A stretch of 32,000 bases of DNA from positions 450,001 to 482,000 of the forward strand of contig NC_007493.2 of NCBI RefSeq assembly GCF_000012905.2, given 5' to 3'. This document shows positions 1 to 8,761 of the stretch, piece by piece. The notes under the pieces are model-generated. The model did no database searches, had not been told where the DNA came from, and saw only the letters and a program-made list of their open reading frames with translations. Positions within the stretch are counted from its first letter, which is position 1. Each line of letters begins with the position of its first letter. The DNA is from Cereibacter sphaeroides 2.4.1 (lineage in GTDB: Bacteria > Pseudomonadota > Alphaproteobacteria > Rhodobacterales > Rhodobacteraceae). A program made the position numbers and the translations under genes.

Positions 1-416
1 CGACCGGCTGCTCGGTCAAGGTGTTCCGCTACCTGATCCTGCTCGAGGCGATCAAGGTGCAGATCCGTCGCCTGCAAAGCCCGAGCGCGGTGATCTTCGT
101 GGATTACGAGGGCCGCCGCGTGGGCGAGGATGTCATCAACTCGGTGATCCTCTTCTTCACCATGTTCATCCTGAGCTTCGGCGTGCTCGCGGTGCTCCTG
201 TCGCTGACCGGGCTTCAGACCAAGACGGCCATCACCGCCGCCTGGACCGCCATCGCGAACGTGGGCCCGGCCTTCGGGCCCGAGGTGAGCGCGACCGGGG
301 CCGTCGACCGCTTCCCGGCGGTGGCCAAATGGCTGATGATCGGGGGCATGCTGGTCGGACGGCTGGAGCTTCTGTCGGTCTTCGTCCTCCTCACGCCCCG
401 GTTCTGGCGCAGCTGA
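1..416 (+). CDS. trkH: TrkH-family K+ uptake permease, C-terminal fragment (gene starts upstream of the window)
   Basis: The reading frame is open from base 3, so the track's 21 start is only the first alternative start codon. The hydrophobic C-terminus ...AWTAIANVGPAFGPEVSATGAVDRFPAVAKWLMIGGMLVGRLELLSVFVLLTPRFWRS is typical of TrkH/KtrB-family C-termini. Confidence 0.8.
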   Translation, partial: TGCSVKVFRYLILLEAIKVQIRRLQSPSAVIFVDYEGRRVGEDVINSVILFFTMFILSFGVLAVLLSLTGLQTKTAITAAWTAIANVGPAFGPEVSATGAVDRFPAVAKWLMIGGMLVGRLELLSVFVLLTPRFWRS

Positions 417-455
417 CGGGACGGCGCCCCGCGGACGGGGGAGGGGGCAGGGCCG

Positions 456-474
456 CGCCCGGCCGCCCCGGGCG
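456..474. terminator. GC hairpin between convergent trkH and the 486..2267 gene (possible bidirectional terminator)
   Basis: CGCCCGG (456-462) pairs with CCGGGCG (468-474) around a 5-nt loop. There is no clean U-tract. Confidence 0.3.
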
Positions 475-485
475 AGGCTCTTCGT

Positions 486-2267
486 TCAGTCCCAGCAGGA
501 GACGAGGGCGGTCATGCCGTCGCCCAGCCGGACCAGATCCTCGGGGGCGAGGGCGCCGCTGCCCTCGGCGCGGCGCGGCTCGATGCCCGCCTCCGAAAGG
601 CGCGCGGTGAGCGCGGCCGGGGCGAGGGCGAAGGAGACCTCGTCGGGCAGCCGCCGCTCGCCCGTCTCGGGCGCCACCAGCATCCCCAAGACCGCGCCCG
701 ACCCGTCGAGCACCGGCCCGCCCGCGTCGCCCGGCCGCGACGCAAGGCGGAGACGGCGCAGGTCGGCCTCGCCCTCGAGCCCCGTCAGCGCATCGAGCGC
801 CCCGAAGGTGAGCGTGGGCGCAGGCAGCGCCTCCCCGTAGGGATAGCCCGCCACCGCCACGGGCGAGCCGAGCCGCGCCTCGGTGCTGCGGAAGCTCGCG
901 GTGACGCGGGGCGCCATCGGATGAACCGGCCGCAGGAGCGCCATGCCGAGGGCCGTGTCGGTCGCCACCACCTTGGCCTCGTGCTCGCGGTCGATGGTCA
1001 CGCGCCCGCAGCCCGCCACCGCCTCGGCCGTCGTGAGGACGGCGCCTTTCGGATCGACGAAGATCCCCGAGCGCGACTGGCGCGGCTTGCGCACCTCGAG
1101 CCCGGCCAGCATTCCCCGCCGCTGCTCTTCGGTCATCTCGACCATGCCCGGATCGAGCGCCCGGTCGCCGAAGGGGCGGAAGCTCGACTGCATTGCCGTC
1201 AGCACGCGCGCCATCCGCTCGTCGTCGCCCGGATGCCAGACCAGCATGTAGCCCTTGAGGAGACCGCCGGCGAGCTCGACATGGGTGTAGCTCGCCAGAT
1301 CGGCCGAGCGGCCCTCGATGGTGAAGCCGGTCTCCGTCCGGCTGCGGGTGCCTTCGGGCGGCACCACTTCCAGCGTCTGGAGGATGTCATAGAGGCCGTA
1401 GAGCGCGCCCCGGTCGCCCGGCTCCGAGATCAGCATGACCTGCACGCCCGATCCGTCCTTCGGCGCGTAATGGACGAAGGGCGGGTCGTAGCGGTCGAAG
1501 GCCACGAGGGCGATGGGCAGGGTGATGCGGATGCCGGCCTCGTCTTCGGTCACCGTCTCGAGCCCAAGTTCCGCCTGCGCCCGCCCGTAGCGGTCGAGAA
1601 GCTCGGCCCGCTGGCGCGCGGTCAGGATGCCGGTGGCCTCGGCGCCCTCGGCCGCCTGCCAGGCCGCCATCGAGGCGCGGGTGCCCGGGCCGAAGGCCCC
1701 GTCGATGGCCGCGCCGTAGAAGCCGAACCATTGCAGGGCGGCCTGCAGCTCCTGCCGCTCGGAGGCGATGAGAAGCGCCTCGGACCGCCGCGCCTCGGCG
1801 GGGGTCTCGTCCGGCAGGGGGGCGGGCGCGGCCTCAAGGGCCGGGGGCGCGTCCAATGGCTCGTCCTCGGGCAGCATCTCGGGGCCGGGCACCGCCAGAG
1901 CTTCCGCGTCGGGGGCCGGGGGCAGCTCGCCCGGGGCGAGGAAGGGCTCGCGGAAGGCGCGCCCGTCGGCGATGAAACTGTCCCGGGGGATCATGCCCGC
2001 TTCCAGCAGATCCTGCAGCCGCAGCCGCGCCACGTCCGTCCCGTAGGGGCCGAGCACGATCGCATACCATCCCGAGGACAGCCGGTAGCCTGCCACGTCG
2101 GGGAAGACCTCGGCATAGGCCCGGGCGCGCTCGTCGGCCTCGGCCTCCGTGGGCCGCGCCTCGATCTGCACCCAGACCCGCGTCTCGCTCTGCTCCTGTG
2201 CCCAGACCGGAGCCGCCGCAGGCAGGGCCGCCCCCAGCCACAGAAGGAAGATCGCCTGTTTCATCAT
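486..2267 (-). CDS. Secreted multidomain protein: signal peptide, SPOR-like domain, PG_binding_1-like domain, and a C-terminal trypsin-fold domain with degenerate active site
   Basis: - The N-terminus [25 protein letters not shown] is a signal peptide.
- [45 protein letters not shown] is SPOR-like.
- [31 protein letters not shown] is a peptidoglycan-binding motif.
- The C-terminal [17 protein letters not shown]...VAVAGYPYG...[20 protein letters not shown] resembles the S1/DegP-like fold, but Ala replaces the Ser nucleophile. Confidence 0.8.
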   Translation of the reverse strand: MMKQAIFLLWLGAALPAAAPVWAQEQSETRVWVQIEARPTEAEADERARAYAEVFPDVAGYRLSSGWYAIVLGPYGTDVARLRLQDLLEAGMIPRDSFIADGRAFREPFLAPGELPPAPDAEALAVPGPEMLPEDEPLDAPPALEAAPAPLPDETPAEARRSEALLIASERQELQAALQWFGFYGAAIDGAFGPGTRASMAAWQAAEGAEATGILTARQRAELLDRYGRAQAELGLETVTEDEAGIRITLPIALVAFDRYDPPFVHYAPKDGSGVQVMLISEPGDRGALYGLYDILQTLEVVPPEGTRSRTETGFTIEGRSADLASYTHVELAGGLLKGYMLVWHPGDDERMARVLTAMQSSFRPFGDRALDPGMVEMTEEQRRGMLAGLEVRKPRQSRSGIFVDPKGAVLTTAEAVAGCGRVTIDREHEAKVVATDTALGMALLRPVHPMAPRVTASFRSTEARLGSPVAVAGYPYGEALPAPTLTFGALDALTGLEGEADLRRLRLASRPGDAGGPVLDGSGAVLGMLVAPETGERRLPDEVSFALAPAALTARLSEAGIEPRRAEGSGALAPEDLVRLGDGMTALVSCWD

Positions 2268-2335
2268 CGGCCGTCCCGCCTCGCGCGGGCCCCGGCGGCA
2301 GGCCCGTCATTTCCGGTCCGCGCGGCCGCCGCCGA

Positions 2336-2364
2336 TTGACCCTTGCCTGCCTCTTGCCTATGGA
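2336..2364 (+). promoter_or_regulatory. Putative sigma70-type promoter for glyQ
   Basis: TTGACC (2336-2341), a 17-nt spacer, then TATGGA (2359-2364). The -10 ends 28 nt upstream of the glyQ ATG. Confidence 0.35.
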
Positions 2365-2391
2365 GAGGGCGCTTTGCAAGAGGGCCAGCGC

Positions 2392-3315
2392 ATGACCGGC
2401 AAACCCGTTCCCCCCCGCAGCTTTCAGGAAATCATCCTGCGCCTGATGACCTACTGGGGCGCGAAAGGATGTGCCGTCCTGCAACCCTACGACATGGAAG
2501 TCGGCGCGGGAACCTTCCATCCGGCGACGACGCTCCGCTCGCTCGGCGCCCGTCCCTGGGCTGCGGCCTATGTTCAGCCCTCGCGCCGCCCGACCGACGG
2601 CCGCTACGGCGAGAACCCGAACCGCCTCCAGCATTATTACCAGTATCAAGTCCTCATCAAACCCTCGCCGCCGGATCTGCAGAAGCTCTATCTCGGCTCG
2701 CTCGAGGCGATCGGGATCGACATGGATCTCCACGACATCCGCTTCGTCGAGGACGACTGGGAGAGCCCGACGCTCGGCGCCTGGGGCCTCGGCTGGGAAG
2801 TCTGGTGCGACGGGATGGAAGTCAGCCAGTTCACCTACTTCCAGCAGGTGGGCGGGCACGACTGCAGGCCCGTCTCGGGCGAGCTCACCTACGGGCTCGA
2901 GCGGCTGGCCATGTATGTGCTGGGCATCGACCATGTCATGGACATGCCCTTCAACGATCCCTGTGGTCCCACGCCGCTCACCTATGGCGATGTCTTCCGC
3001 CAGACCGAGCAGGAATATTCGCGCTGGAACTTCGATCAGGCCGACACCGACATGCTTCTGCAGCATTTCAAGGATGCCGAGGCCGAATGCGAACGCATCC
3101 TTGCCGCGCCCGAGACCGACAAGGCCGGCCGTCGCATCGTCATGGCCCATCCCGCCTACGATCAGTGCATCAAGGCCAGCCACCTCTTCAACCTGCTCGA
3201 CGCCCGCGGCGTGATCTCGGTGACCGAGCGGCAGGCCTATATCGGCCGCGTCCGCGCGCTCGCCAAGAAATGCGCCGACGCCTTCGTCACCACCGAGGCG
3301 GGGGCGGCTGCGTGA
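2392..3315 (+). CDS. glyQ: Glycine--tRNA ligase alpha subunit
   Basis: [52 protein letters not shown]...[12 protein letters not shown]...[25 protein letters not shown] is unmistakably GlyQ. The start is at the internal ATG 2392 of the 2149..3315 ORF. Confidence 0.97.
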   Translation: MTGKPVPPRSFQEIILRLMTYWGAKGCAVLQPYDMEVGAGTFHPATTLRSLGARPWAAAYVQPSRRPTDGRYGENPNRLQHYYQYQVLIKPSPPDLQKLYLGSLEAIGIDMDLHDIRFVEDDWESPTLGAWGLGWEVWCDGMEVSQFTYFQQVGGHDCRPVSGELTYGLERLAMYVLGIDHVMDMPFNDPCGPTPLTYGDVFRQTEQEYSRWNFDQADTDMLLQHFKDAEAECERILAAPETDKAGRRIVMAHPAYDQCIKASHLFNLLDARGVISVTERQAYIGRVRALAKKCADAFVTTEAGAAA

Positions 3316-3782
3316 ATGGCAAGCTCCTCGTCGGTGGCATCGTGCTGAGCGCGCTCGCAGCCGGCGCCGTCATGTGGTGGGCCCAGCTCTATGCCTATTA
3401 CGAGGAGGCCAGCTTCGCGCCGGGTGAGGAGATCCGCCTCACGCCGATCCTCGGCGACGCGCCGGAGGCGATCGTCGCGAACGAGGTGACGGGGATCGAT
3501 TCCGGCTCGTCGCCGCTCCGGTTCCGGGCCTGCTTCACCACGCCCTTGAGCCAGGCCATGCTGACCGAGACCTACCGCGTCTATCCCGATCCCACGCCGC
3601 TCAACGCGCCGCCCTGGTTCGACTGTTTCGACGCCGAGCGGATCGACATGGCGCTGCAGAAGGGCGAGGCCATCGCCTTCCTGTCCGAACATGACATTGC
3701 CCCCGGGGTGGACCGCGTGGTCGCGGTCTTTCCCGACGGCCACGCCTTTGCGTGGCACCAGCTGAACGCCGAGGAACAGTAG
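3312..3782 (+). CDS. Conserved hypothetical membrane-anchored protein nested between glyQ and glyS (156 aa)
   Basis: The GTG start at 3312 overlaps the glyQ stop (GTGA). The stop TAG 3780-3782 lies 3 nt before the glyS ATG. There is an N-terminal TM segment ([27 protein letters not shown]) followed by a soluble domain with two Cys. Third-position GC looks coding. Confidence 0.75.
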   Translation: MNGKLLVGGIVLSALAAGAVMWWAQLYAYYEEASFAPGEEIRLTPILGDAPEAIVANEVTGIDSGSSPLRFRACFTTPLSQAMLTETYRVYPDPTPLNAPPWFDCFDAERIDMALQKGEAIAFLSEHDIAPGVDRVVAVFPDGHAFAWHQLNAEEQ

Positions 3783-3785
3783 CCC

Positions 3786-5879
3786 ATGCCCGATCTCTTG
3801 ATCGAACTCTTCTCGGAAGAGATCCCCGCCCGGATGCAGGCCCGCGCGCGCGAGGACCTGAAGAAGCTCGTGACCGACGGTCTCGTCGAGGCAGGCCTCA
3901 CCTATGCCTCGGCGGGCGCCTTCTCGACCCCGCGCCGGCTCGTCCTGTCGGTCGAGGGCCTCTCGGCCGAAAGCCCCACGCTCCGCGAAGAGCGCAAGGG
4001 CCCCAAGGCCGACGCGCCCGCCGCCGCCATCGAGGGCTTCCTGCGCTCGACGGGCCTCACCCGCGACCAGCTCGAGACCCGCGAGGACAAGAAGGGCGCC
4101 GTCCTCTTCGCCGTGGTGGAAAAGCCCGGCCGGCCCGCGCCCGAGATCGTGGCCGAGGTGCTGGAGCGGACGATCCGCACCTTCCCCTGGCCCAAGTCGA
4201 TGCGCTGGGGCACGGGCAGCTTGCGCTGGGTGCGGCCGCTCCAGTCGATCCTCTGCCTCCTCTCCGACGAGGCCGGCGCCGAGGTCGTGCCGATGACGCT
4301 CGACGGGTTGACAGCCGGCAACAGCACCGAGGGCCACCGCTTCATGGCGCCCGCGCGCTTCGCCGTCTCGGGCTTCGAGGATTACCGCGCGAAGCTCGCC
4401 CGCGCCTTCGTGATGCTCGACGCCTCCGAGCGCGAGCAGGCGATCTGGCACGAGGCAACGACCCAGGCCTTCGCGCAGGGGCTCGAGGTCGTGCCCGACG
4501 CGGCGCTCCTCTCCGAGGTCGCGGGCCTCGTCGAATGGCCCGTCGTGCTGATGGGCGCCATCGGCGAGGATTTCTTGGGCCTCCCGCCCGAGGTGCTGCA
4601 GACCTCGATGCGCGAGCATCAGAAGTTCTTCTCGGTCACGAACCCCGCCACCGGCCGGATCGAGAAATTCGTGACCGTGGCCAACCGCGAGACCGCGGAC
4701 CACGGCGAGACGATCCTGAAGGGCAACGGCAAGGTGCTCTCGGCCCGGCTCTCGGACGCGCGCTTCTTCTGGGAGAACGACCTGCGCACCGTGAAGACGG
4801 CGGGCCTCGAAGGCATGGCCGAGGGGTTGAAACAGGTCACCTTCCACAACAGGCTGGGCAGCCAGGCCGCCCGCATCGCCCGCATCGAGGCGCTGGCGCG
4901 CGAGATCGCCCCCCTCGTCGGCGCCTCCCCCGACCTCGCTGCCGAGGCAGCCCGCGTGGCCAAGGCCGACCTGCAATCGGCGATGGTGGGCGAGTTCCCG
5001 GAACTGCAGGGCACGATGGGCAGCTACTACGCCCGCGCGGCGGGCCTGCCCGAAGCGGTGGCGCAGGCCTGCAAGGCCCATTACCAGCCGCTCGGCCCCT
5101 CCGACGCGGTGCCCACCGACCCCGTCTCGGTCGCTGTGGCGCTGGCCGACAAGATCGACACGCTGGCAGGCTTCTGGCGGATCGGCGAAAAGCCCACGGG
5201 CAGCAAGGACCCCTTTGCCCTGCGACGCGCGGCGCTGGGGGTGATCCGGCTGCTACTCACGAACAATTCTCGTGCGGGCCTCATGGGGATAATGCTCCCC
5301 GCGATGAACCGGCACTTGGAACCCTTCGATACATCCGACTTTACCCCGTACGAACGGGACCTCCTCGCCTTCTTCCACGACCGCCTGAAGGTCCACCTGC
5401 GCGAGCAGGGGATCCGGCACGACGTGATCGACGCCTGCCTCGCCATGCCGGGGAACGACGATCTCACGCTCCTGGTGAAGCGCGCGGAAGCCCTGTCGGC
5501 CTTCCTCAAGACCGACGACGGCACCAACCTCCTGCAGGGCTTCAAGCGGGCGAACAACATCCTGACCCAGGCCGAGGCGAAGGACGGGGTCGAATACAGT
5601 TTCGGCGCAGATCCGAAATTCGCCGAAACCGACGCCGAGCGCGCGCTCTTCGCAGCCCTCGAGACGGCCGAGGCGGCCATCGGCCCCGCCCTGCAGGCCG
5701 AGGATTTCGCCGCCGCCATGTCCGCCATGGCCGCCCTCCGCGCCCCCATCGACGCCTTCTTCGAGACGGTGCAGGTCAATGCCGACAATGCGGTCCTGCG
5801 GCGGAACCGGCTCAACATGCTCCATTCCATCCGCGCCACCTGCGCGCGCGTGGCGGATCTCACCCGGATCGAGGGCTGA
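3786..5879 (+). CDS. glyS: Glycine--tRNA ligase beta subunit
   Basis: MPDLLIELFSEEIPARMQ...FSTPRRL...WPKSMRWG...LEWPVVLMG...REHQKFF... is the canonical GlyS N-terminus. The length is 697 aa. Confidence 0.97.
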   Translation: MPDLLIELFSEEIPARMQARAREDLKKLVTDGLVEAGLTYASAGAFSTPRRLVLSVEGLSAESPTLREERKGPKADAPAAAIEGFLRSTGLTRDQLETREDKKGAVLFAVVEKPGRPAPEIVAEVLERTIRTFPWPKSMRWGTGSLRWVRPLQSILCLLSDEAGAEVVPMTLDGLTAGNSTEGHRFMAPARFAVSGFEDYRAKLARAFVMLDASEREQAIWHEATTQAFAQGLEVVPDAALLSEVAGLVEWPVVLMGAIGEDFLGLPPEVLQTSMREHQKFFSVTNPATGRIEKFVTVANRETADHGETILKGNGKVLSARLSDARFFWENDLRTVKTAGLEGMAEGLKQVTFHNRLGSQAARIARIEALAREIAPLVGASPDLAAEAARVAKADLQSAMVGEFPELQGTMGSYYARAAGLPEAVAQACKAHYQPLGPSDAVPTDPVSVAVALADKIDTLAGFWRIGEKPTGSKDPFALRRAALGVIRLLLTNNSRAGLMGIMLPAMNRHLEPFDTSDFTPYERDLLAFFHDRLKVHLREQGIRHDVIDACLAMPGNDDLTLLVKRAEALSAFLKTDDGTNLLQGFKRANNILTQAEAKDGVEYSFGADPKFAETDAERALFAALETAEAAIGPALQAEDFAAAMSAMAALRAPIDAFFETVQVNADNAVLRRNRLNMLHSIRATCARVADLTRIEG

Positions 5880-5934
5880 GCCCTTCATTCTGGCCCAAAT
5901 ATCCCACGGGGGTGCGGGGGTGTGAAACCCCCGC
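5880..5934 (-). repeat. Interspersed hairpin + ATATTTG-core repeat, copy A (minus orientation)
   Basis: The reverse complement reads GCGGGGGTTTCACACCCCCGC-A-CCCCCGTGGGATATTTGGGCCAGAATGAAGGGC. The hairpin is at 5914-5934. It aligns with copy B at 15382-15433. Confidence 0.5.
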
Positions 5935-5997
5935 CGCCCACCTCTCCGCTTGCTTGCCCGGTTGCGATGCGTATCCTGCCCTGAAGGGAGCGCCGCA

Positions 5998-8544
5998 GTG
6001 CAGAAAATCGAGCCGATCAGCGACTTCGACCGTATCACGCCGACCGCGGCGATCAGCCTGAAGACGCATGGCTTCCGGGCCAAGTGCCTGCAGCGCCTCG
6101 TCCGGCTCGACCTGCCGGTGCCGGTCACCGTGGCGCTGCCCGCCACCACCGTCCGCGCCATCGCGGCCGGCCACCCGGTCGATTGCCCGGCCATTCTCGC
6201 CGATTTCGGCCCCACTCCCCTCGTCTCGGTGCGGCCCAGCCCCGAGAATCCCGACTGGGGCGGACCCGCCACCGTCCTCAACATCGGCATGAACGCGGCC
6301 CGCCACGCGGCGCTCGCGCGCATCCATGGCGAGGAGGCGGCCGACGCGATCTATCTCGGCTTCATCCAGAGCTATGCGATCCATGTGGCCCGCCTCGATC
6401 CCGAGATGTTCGAGACCGGCGGCTCCTCCTCCGAGGCGCTCCGCGCGGCGCTCCATGCCTGGGCCGAGGAGATGGACGAGCCCTTCCCGCAGGATCCCGC
6501 ACAGCAGCTCTCCGAAGTGCTGCGCTCGATGGCGCGGGCCTGGGAGGGAACGACCGCCCGGCTCCTCCGGCAGGCGAAGGGCGCCCCCGCCGAGGCGCGG
6601 CTCGGCCTCGTCGTGCAGGAGATGGCGCAGGATCTGGGGCAGGGGATCTCGGGCTCGGGCGTGATCCAGTTCGTCGATCCCGCCACCGGCGTCCCGCAGG
6701 TGACGGGGCGCTTCTTCAACCGCTCGCGCGCCTGGCACGGCAAGGCCGAGACGCTCTATCTCACGCAGGATCCGCGCGGTCCCTCGCTCGAGGAGCGCGC
6801 GCCCGAGATCTTCGCGGCCCTCTGCCGCCACGGCTCGGTCTGCCGCGCCCGCCTGCGCGAGGAGATGCAGATCGAATTCACCATCGAGGACAGCCACCTG
6901 TCGGTGCTCGACGCGGTGAAGGTGCAGCGCTCCTCGCGGGCGGGGCTCCGCATCGCGGTGGCGCTGGCCGACGATCAGGTCATCACCCGCTCCGAGGCGC
7001 TCCTCCGGGTCGAGCCGCGCGCGCTCTCCGAGCTTCTGCATCCGCAGGTCGATCCGCGCGGGCGGCGCGACCGCTTCGCCCGCGGCATTGCGGCCAGCCC
7101 CGGGGCGGCGGTGGGCCGGATCGTCTTCTCCTCGCAGGCGGCGCAGGCCTCGGCCGCGCGCGGCGAGCCCTGCATCCTCGTCCGGCGCGAGACCTCGCCC
7201 GAGGATATCCGCGGCATGAACTGCGCGGCGGGCGTGCTGACCGAGCGCGGCGGCGTCACGAGCCATGCCGCCGTGATCGCGCGGGGCCTCGGCCTGCCGT
7301 GCGTCGTGGGCGCCTCCGAGATCCGGCTCGATGCGCGCGAGCGCCGTCTCGTGGCGCCCGACGGGCGCGTCTTCCGCGAGGGCGACCTCATCACCGTGGA
7401 CGGCACGGCGGGCGAGGCGCTCGCGGGCGAGGCGGCCATGCTCGCGCCCGCGCTCGACAGCTGCTTCCGCAAGCTCCTCTCCTGGGCCGACGAGATGCGC
7501 GACATCGGCGTGCGCGCCAATGCCGACACGCCCGCCGATGCGCTCGTCGCGCGGCAGTTCGAGGCGCAGGGCATCGGCCTCTGCCGGACCGAGCACATGT
7601 TCTTCACCGACGACCGGCTCGTGGTGATGCGCGAGATGATCTTTGCCGACAGCGCGACCGACCGGGCGGCGGCTCTGGCGCGGCTGCTGCCGATGCAGCG
7701 CGCCGATTTCGTGCAGCTCTTCGAGATCATGCAGGGTCATCCGGTCTGCATCAGGCTGCTCGATCCGCCGCTGCACGAGTTCCTACCCCATTCGCGCGAG
7801 GGGCTGCTGGAGCTGGCCGAGGCGCTCGACCGGCCCCTGTCCGAGGTCACGCGGCGCGTCGAGGCGATGGCCGAGTTCAATCCCATGCTGGGGATGCGGG
7901 GCGTGCGGCTGGGTGTGGCCATCCCCGAGATCTACGACATGCAGGCGCAGGCGATCTTCGAGGCGACGCTGGAGGTGGCGGGCCGCGGCGATCCGGTGGT
8001 GCCCGAGATCATGATCCCGCTCGTCTCGGCGCGGCGCGAGGTCGAGCTGGTCAAGACCCGGATCGATGCGGTGGCTGCGGCGGTCCATACCAAATACGGC
8101 CGCGAGTTCGCCTACCGGCTGGGGGTGATGGTCGAGACGCCGCGGGCGGCGCTGCGGGCGGGCGAGATCGCGCAGCACGCGGCCTTCCTCTCCTTCGGCA
8201 CCAACGACCTGACGCAGATGACCTACGGCCTCTCGCGCGACGACGCGGGGCGTTTCATGAACACCTACGTCCAGAGCGGGGTCTTCCCCGAGGATCCGTT
8301 CCACATTCTCGACGTGGACGGGGTGGGGGAACTGCTGCTGATCGGGGCGGAACGGGGGCGGGCCACGCGGCCCGATCTGGTGGTCTCGATCTGCGGCGAA
8401 CATGGCGGCGACCCCGAATCAATCGAGTTCTGCCGCCGCGCCGGCTTCGACTATGTGTCCTGTTCGCCCTATCGCGTTCCGCTGGCTCGGCTGGCGGCCG
8501 CTCATCTGGCGATCCGCAGCCGGGAGCAGCCGAATGCCTCTTGA
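5998..8544 (+). CDS. Pyruvate,phosphate dikinase-family PEP-utilising enzyme (divergent N-terminal nucleotide-binding domain)
   Basis: - The phosphohistidine swivel motif GGVTSHAAVIARGLGLPCVVG is present.
- The PEP/pyruvate TIM-barrel motifs RTEHMFF, FLSFGTNDLTQMTYGLSRDD and ICGEHGGDPESIEFC...YVSCSPYRVP are present.
- IEFTIE and LLHPQVD match PPDK.
- The start is taken at GTG 5998, 8 nt after GGGAG (5986-5990). Confidence 0.85.
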   Translation: MQKIEPISDFDRITPTAAISLKTHGFRAKCLQRLVRLDLPVPVTVALPATTVRAIAAGHPVDCPAILADFGPTPLVSVRPSPENPDWGGPATVLNIGMNAARHAALARIHGEEAADAIYLGFIQSYAIHVARLDPEMFETGGSSSEALRAALHAWAEEMDEPFPQDPAQQLSEVLRSMARAWEGTTARLLRQAKGAPAEARLGLVVQEMAQDLGQGISGSGVIQFVDPATGVPQVTGRFFNRSRAWHGKAETLYLTQDPRGPSLEERAPEIFAALCRHGSVCRARLREEMQIEFTIEDSHLSVLDAVKVQRSSRAGLRIAVALADDQVITRSEALLRVEPRALSELLHPQVDPRGRRDRFARGIAASPGAAVGRIVFSSQAAQASAARGEPCILVRRETSPEDIRGMNCAAGVLTERGGVTSHAAVIARGLGLPCVVGASEIRLDARERRLVAPDGRVFREGDLITVDGTAGEALAGEAAMLAPALDSCFRKLLSWADEMRDIGVRANADTPADALVARQFEAQGIGLCRTEHMFFTDDRLVVMREMIFADSATDRAAALARLLPMQRADFVQLFEIMQGHPVCIRLLDPPLHEFLPHSREGLLELAEALDRPLSEVTRRVEAMAEFNPMLGMRGVRLGVAIPEIYDMQAQAIFEATLEVAGRGDPVVPEIMIPLVSARREVELVKTRIDAVAAAVHTKYGREFAYRLGVMVETPRAALRAGEIAQHAAFLSFGTNDLTQMTYGLSRDDAGRFMNTYVQSGVFPEDPFHILDVDGVGELLLIGAERGRATRPDLVVSICGEHGGDPESIEFCRRAGFDYVSCSPYRVPLARLAAAHLAIRSREQPNAS

Positions 8545-8761
8545 TGCAAGCGGTTAGCCCAAAAATCGGGCAGGTTTGTCACAGTGGCGCGGGAGCAACA
8601 CCGGCGGGAACCCGCCGATGGATGCCCCTGCTGACCGTGGCAAAAATGTCACGTGGGTGGACTCGTTAAGGATTTTCCGGCTAGCCACGTCGCGATTTCG
8701 CACGGGGCAGGGTTCGACGCCCGCCTCTGTGCAAAGCGGACCATGACCGGGAACAGAGTAA

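Noticed and set aside
3237-8669. Long overlapping ORFs 3237..5081(-), 3752..6061(+), 5860..7776(-), 6084..8669(+) and 5253..6323(-).
   Set aside because: All overlap glyS or the PPDK-family gene out of frame or antisense. Their composition is dominated by Arg, Gly, Pro and Ala, and they show no domain signatures.
8618-8746. A 42-aa ORF (MDAPADRGKNVTWVDSLRIF...) in the ppdK-sleB intergenic region.
   Set aside because: It has only a weak RBS-like GGGAA, no hydrophobic or otherwise recognisable character, and it overlaps the repeat-like motifs. There is no support for translation.
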